18,141 bases of DNA from Promethearchaeota archaeon (GTDB lineage: Archaea; Asgardarchaeota; Lokiarchaeia; Sigyniarchaeales; Promethearchaeaceae), in the NCBI GenBank assembly GCA_016933055.1, contig JAFGBS010000015.1, positions 1-18,141 of the forward strand. The letters are read 5' to 3'. The first letter of the stretch is position 1. Each line of letters starts with the position of its first letter. Shown piece after piece: positions 16,186-18,141 of the stretch. Made by a program: the position numbers and the translations under genes. The notes below the pieces were generated by a model, which was not told where the DNA came from, searched no databases, and saw only the letters and a program-made list of their open reading frames with translations.

Positions 16186-16768
16186 ATATAATTTTAATTT
16201 TAGAGCGTTATAACCGATCTTTTACTTTTTAAGGTAAAACTATTATTAAAACCTTGTTACATTCTCGCAGATCGCCAAAATTTCCCTCGTAATACAGTTA
16301 TCAAGTAATTTATATCTATAATGGACAGATTTTCAAGACATAACTATAATTTGCTTTGTTCTATCTGAAATTAACTGCATCATTTATTCATTGAAATTTA
16401 AACTGATCACCTATAAAGAAACAAAAATGGATAAGATATACTATTGTAATTTATAGCATATTAGGCTGCACAGCTTATATCTATATTCGGATCTAGCGTC
16501 GGAATGTTCTTATAAATCTGGGAATTAACTGATATCACAAGTCTATCAACGCCATTCTATCAATAGGTTTTTTTTGGATTTTTTACCATCTATGATTTTT
16601 ATGCCCTCAGCTCGAGTAATTTCACATAAATTTGTAATAAGTGAAATTTTATGTGTTTCAATTTAACTGTTCGATTCTTTCAAGTTTGATTCTAAACAGT
16701 CACTGAACAGAAAAGTGTACACGTTGGTATACAATTGATTTAAATAGGAATGTAAGGTTGTGCTATAC

Positions 16769-16785
16769 ATCCATGAATTATGGAT
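16769..16785. promoter_or_regulatory. Palindrome ATCCAT-N5-ATGGAT overlapping the predicted transcription start of the aminopeptidase gene
   Basis: Perfect 6+6 inverted repeat about 23 nt downstream of a TTTAAATA box (16739-16746) and 25 nt upstream of the ATG. Confidence 0.4.
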
Positions 16786-16809
16786 TTTGAAACATTTGGA
16801 GATTAAAAT

Positions 16810-17919
16810 ATGTATGATTTTAATGAAAAATTAGCCAAGCTCGCGGTTCGTTACGCACTGGATGTACAACCCGAGGATTTAGTTTCTATAGAGGGTTCCG
16901 AAGTGGCAAACGACCTTATGCGAGAGATGTACATTGAATGTGTTAAAGTAGGTGCATATCCAGTTGTACATTCAGCTATTAAAGGTATAGGAGTGGCACA
17001 CTTAAAACTGGGCAATGATAATCAATTAATGCATATTTCGCCTGTCATGAAAACAGTTTTGAATCAATACCACAAAAGAATACAAATTTCTGCAGATTAT
17101 AATCGTCAGAAGTTAACATTGATTCCACCAGAAAAAACAAATATGGTACAAAAAAATCCTGAGTTTCCCGAATTGATACAAATTTACCAAGAGCGCATTG
17201 CAAAAAAAGAAATGAAATGGGTAATTGTACCCTATCCCTGTGATGCAATGGCTCAAGAAGCAAAAATGGATACGCAGTCTTACACCGAATTCGTGTATAA
17301 GGCTTTAAAATTAGACCAAGACGATCCTGCAGCTTATTGGCGAAACATCGAACGAGAACAAGAAAATAAAGTACAATATCTCAACAATGTGGAGAGCATT
17401 CATGTATTAGGTGAAGACACTGATCTAACTCTTTCCGTAAAAGGTCGCCCGTGGGAAAATTGTTGTGGTCACGAAAATCTGCCAGACGGTGAAATATTTA
17501 CAAGTCCCGTAGAAGATTCAGTAAATGGATACATTAGATTTACTTTTCCCGGAATCTATCAAGGAAAAGAAGTGGAAAATATCTATTTGGGATTCAAGAA
17601 TGGTAAGGTTGTAAAAGCAACCGCGGAAAAGGGTCAAGAACTGCTGGAGACCATCTTGAAAATAGATAATGCAGATGTTTTGGGCGAATTCGCAGTAGGT
17701 ACAAATTTCGGAATAACACAATTCACTAAAAACATGCTTTTTGATGAAAAAATGGGCGGAACCATGCATTGTGCTTTGGGAATGGGTTTTCCAGAGACAA
17801 AAAGTGAAAATCTTCAATGTGCAATCCATTGGGATATCCTAAAGGATATGAAACCACCAGGTTCAAAAATCATCGCCGATGGTAAAGTGATCTATGAAGA
17901 GGGTAAATGGTTAATATAG
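16810..17919 (+). CDS. ampS: Aminopeptidase, peptidase family M29 (AmpS/AmpT/PepS type)
   Basis: NLPDGEIFTSP, VLGEFAVG, LFDEKMGGTMHCALG and AIHWD carry the Glu/His/Asp metal ligands of M29. RBS-like GGAGA upstream. Confidence 0.93.
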   Translation: MYDFNEKLAKLAVRYALDVQPEDLVSIEGSEVANDLMREMYIECVKVGAYPVVHSAIKGIGVAHLKLGNDNQLMHISPVMKTVLNQYHKRIQISADYNRQKLTLIPPEKTNMVQKNPEFPELIQIYQERIAKKEMKWVIVPYPCDAMAQEAKMDTQSYTEFVYKALKLDQDDPAAYWRNIEREQENKVQYLNNVESIHVLGEDTDLTLSVKGRPWENCCGHENLPDGEIFTSPVEDSVNGYIRFTFPGIYQGKEVENIYLGFKNGKVVKATAEKGQELLETILKIDNADVLGEFAVGTNFGITQFTKNMLFDEKMGGTMHCALGMGFPETKSENLQCAIHWDILKDMKPPGSKIIADGKVIYEEGKWLI

Positions 17920-17964
17920 TTCGAGATTAAACTATTTCTCGAATCATTTCTTTTTTAATTTTTT
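17920..17964 (+). terminator. Hairpin plus T-rich tract after the aminopeptidase gene
   Basis: TTCGAGA (17920-17926) / TCTCGAA (17937-17943) inverted repeat, then TTTCTTTTTTAATTTTTT. Confidence 0.55.
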
Positions 17965-18096
17965 AGTAATCAACATCTATACGGGTATATCCATTTAAAA
18001 TTTAATCCCTTTAACCTGATACTATCATAAAACAACGTCAAACCTATAAACCCGAATTAATTTACGAATTTACACCGATTTACTACCCGATCAGAT

Positions 18097-18141
18097 GTAG
18101 AATAGGTCGGTCCTCGGTGCGGGAACGTGGGCAGATTTCAA
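18097..18141 (-). other. GC-rich fragment cut by the window edge; candidate 3' end (domain VI) of a group II intron or another structured RNA
   Basis: 22 of 30 nt are G/C at 18105-18134 against an AT-rich background. Minus strand reads ...GAGGACCGACCT-A-TTCTAC, matching the AYYYYAY 3'-end consensus. Domain V is not visible. Confidence 0.25.

Noticed and set aside
16186-16809. Replication origin in the long AT-rich gap
   Set aside because: No ORB-like repeats with G-strings and no adjacent cdc6/orc1 gene.
1211-17829. The short ORFs in the track (e.g. 1211-1423, 2343-2645, 3781-4053, 4297-4707, 7346-7537, 8062-8247, 11362-11574, 11588-11770, 12155-12352, 12511-12708, 12705-13163, 13563-13772, 13734-13997, 13994-14305, 14482-14745, 14487-14699, 15404-15610, 17045-17263, 17518-17829)
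   Set aside because: All lie antisense to or out of frame within well-supported genes and show no recognisable motifs; they are shadow ORFs.
18051-18091. Three ATTTAC copies (18060, 18068, 18078) with CGA-like spacers; plus-strand CTACCCGAT resembling an intron end
   Set aside because: Irregular 8/10-nt spacing in AT-rich DNA, and no domain V upstream on the plus strand; likely noise.
18134-18141. GATTTCAA at the edge as the start of a CRISPR repeat
   Set aside because: Only 8 nt are visible, with no second copy and no cas genes.
18105-18141. 5S rRNA, SRP RNA or RNase P RNA for the GC-rich edge segment
   Set aside because: CTGCCCACGTT is loosely 5S-like, but the downstream GC-rich part is too short for the 5S 3' domain, and no SRP or RNase P hallmark motif is visible.

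Overview
AT-rich window, most likely from an Asgard archaeon (Lokiarchaeia/Promethearchaeia-like). That assignment is inferred from a C-terminal IPGY-TM-basic 'Loki-CTERM' tail, archaeal TATA boxes and GGTGAT ribosome-binding sites. It holds 13 credible CDSs and one tRNA-Gly(CCC). Left half: a secreted, C-terminally anchored glycoprotein, a GPH-type MFS transporter, a small 4-TM protein, a multi-TM + EEP-phosphoesterase protein resembling eukaryotic CWH43/PGAP2IP over its full length, an amidohydrolase, a PAP2 lipid phosphatase, the tRNA and a cytoplasmic GH3 glycosidase. Right half: an orphan hypA, a cytoplasmic NasA/NarB-type molybdopterin nitrate reductase overlapping a NarK transporter (no nitrite reductase in view), a 17-Cys Fe-S protein, a SAM methyltransferase and an M29 aminopeptidase. 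The most interesting signals are: (1) the CWH43-like protein with an apparently intact catalytic site in a lipid/surface-anchor neighbourhood; (2) the narK-nitrate reductase module in a presumed anaerobe; (3) a conserved promoter cassette shared by two unrelated MFS transporter genes 11 kb apart; (4) a GC-rich segment at the right edge ending in a group II intron-like 3' motif. All family assignments come from motifs recognised by eye and from memory; no database searches were run.
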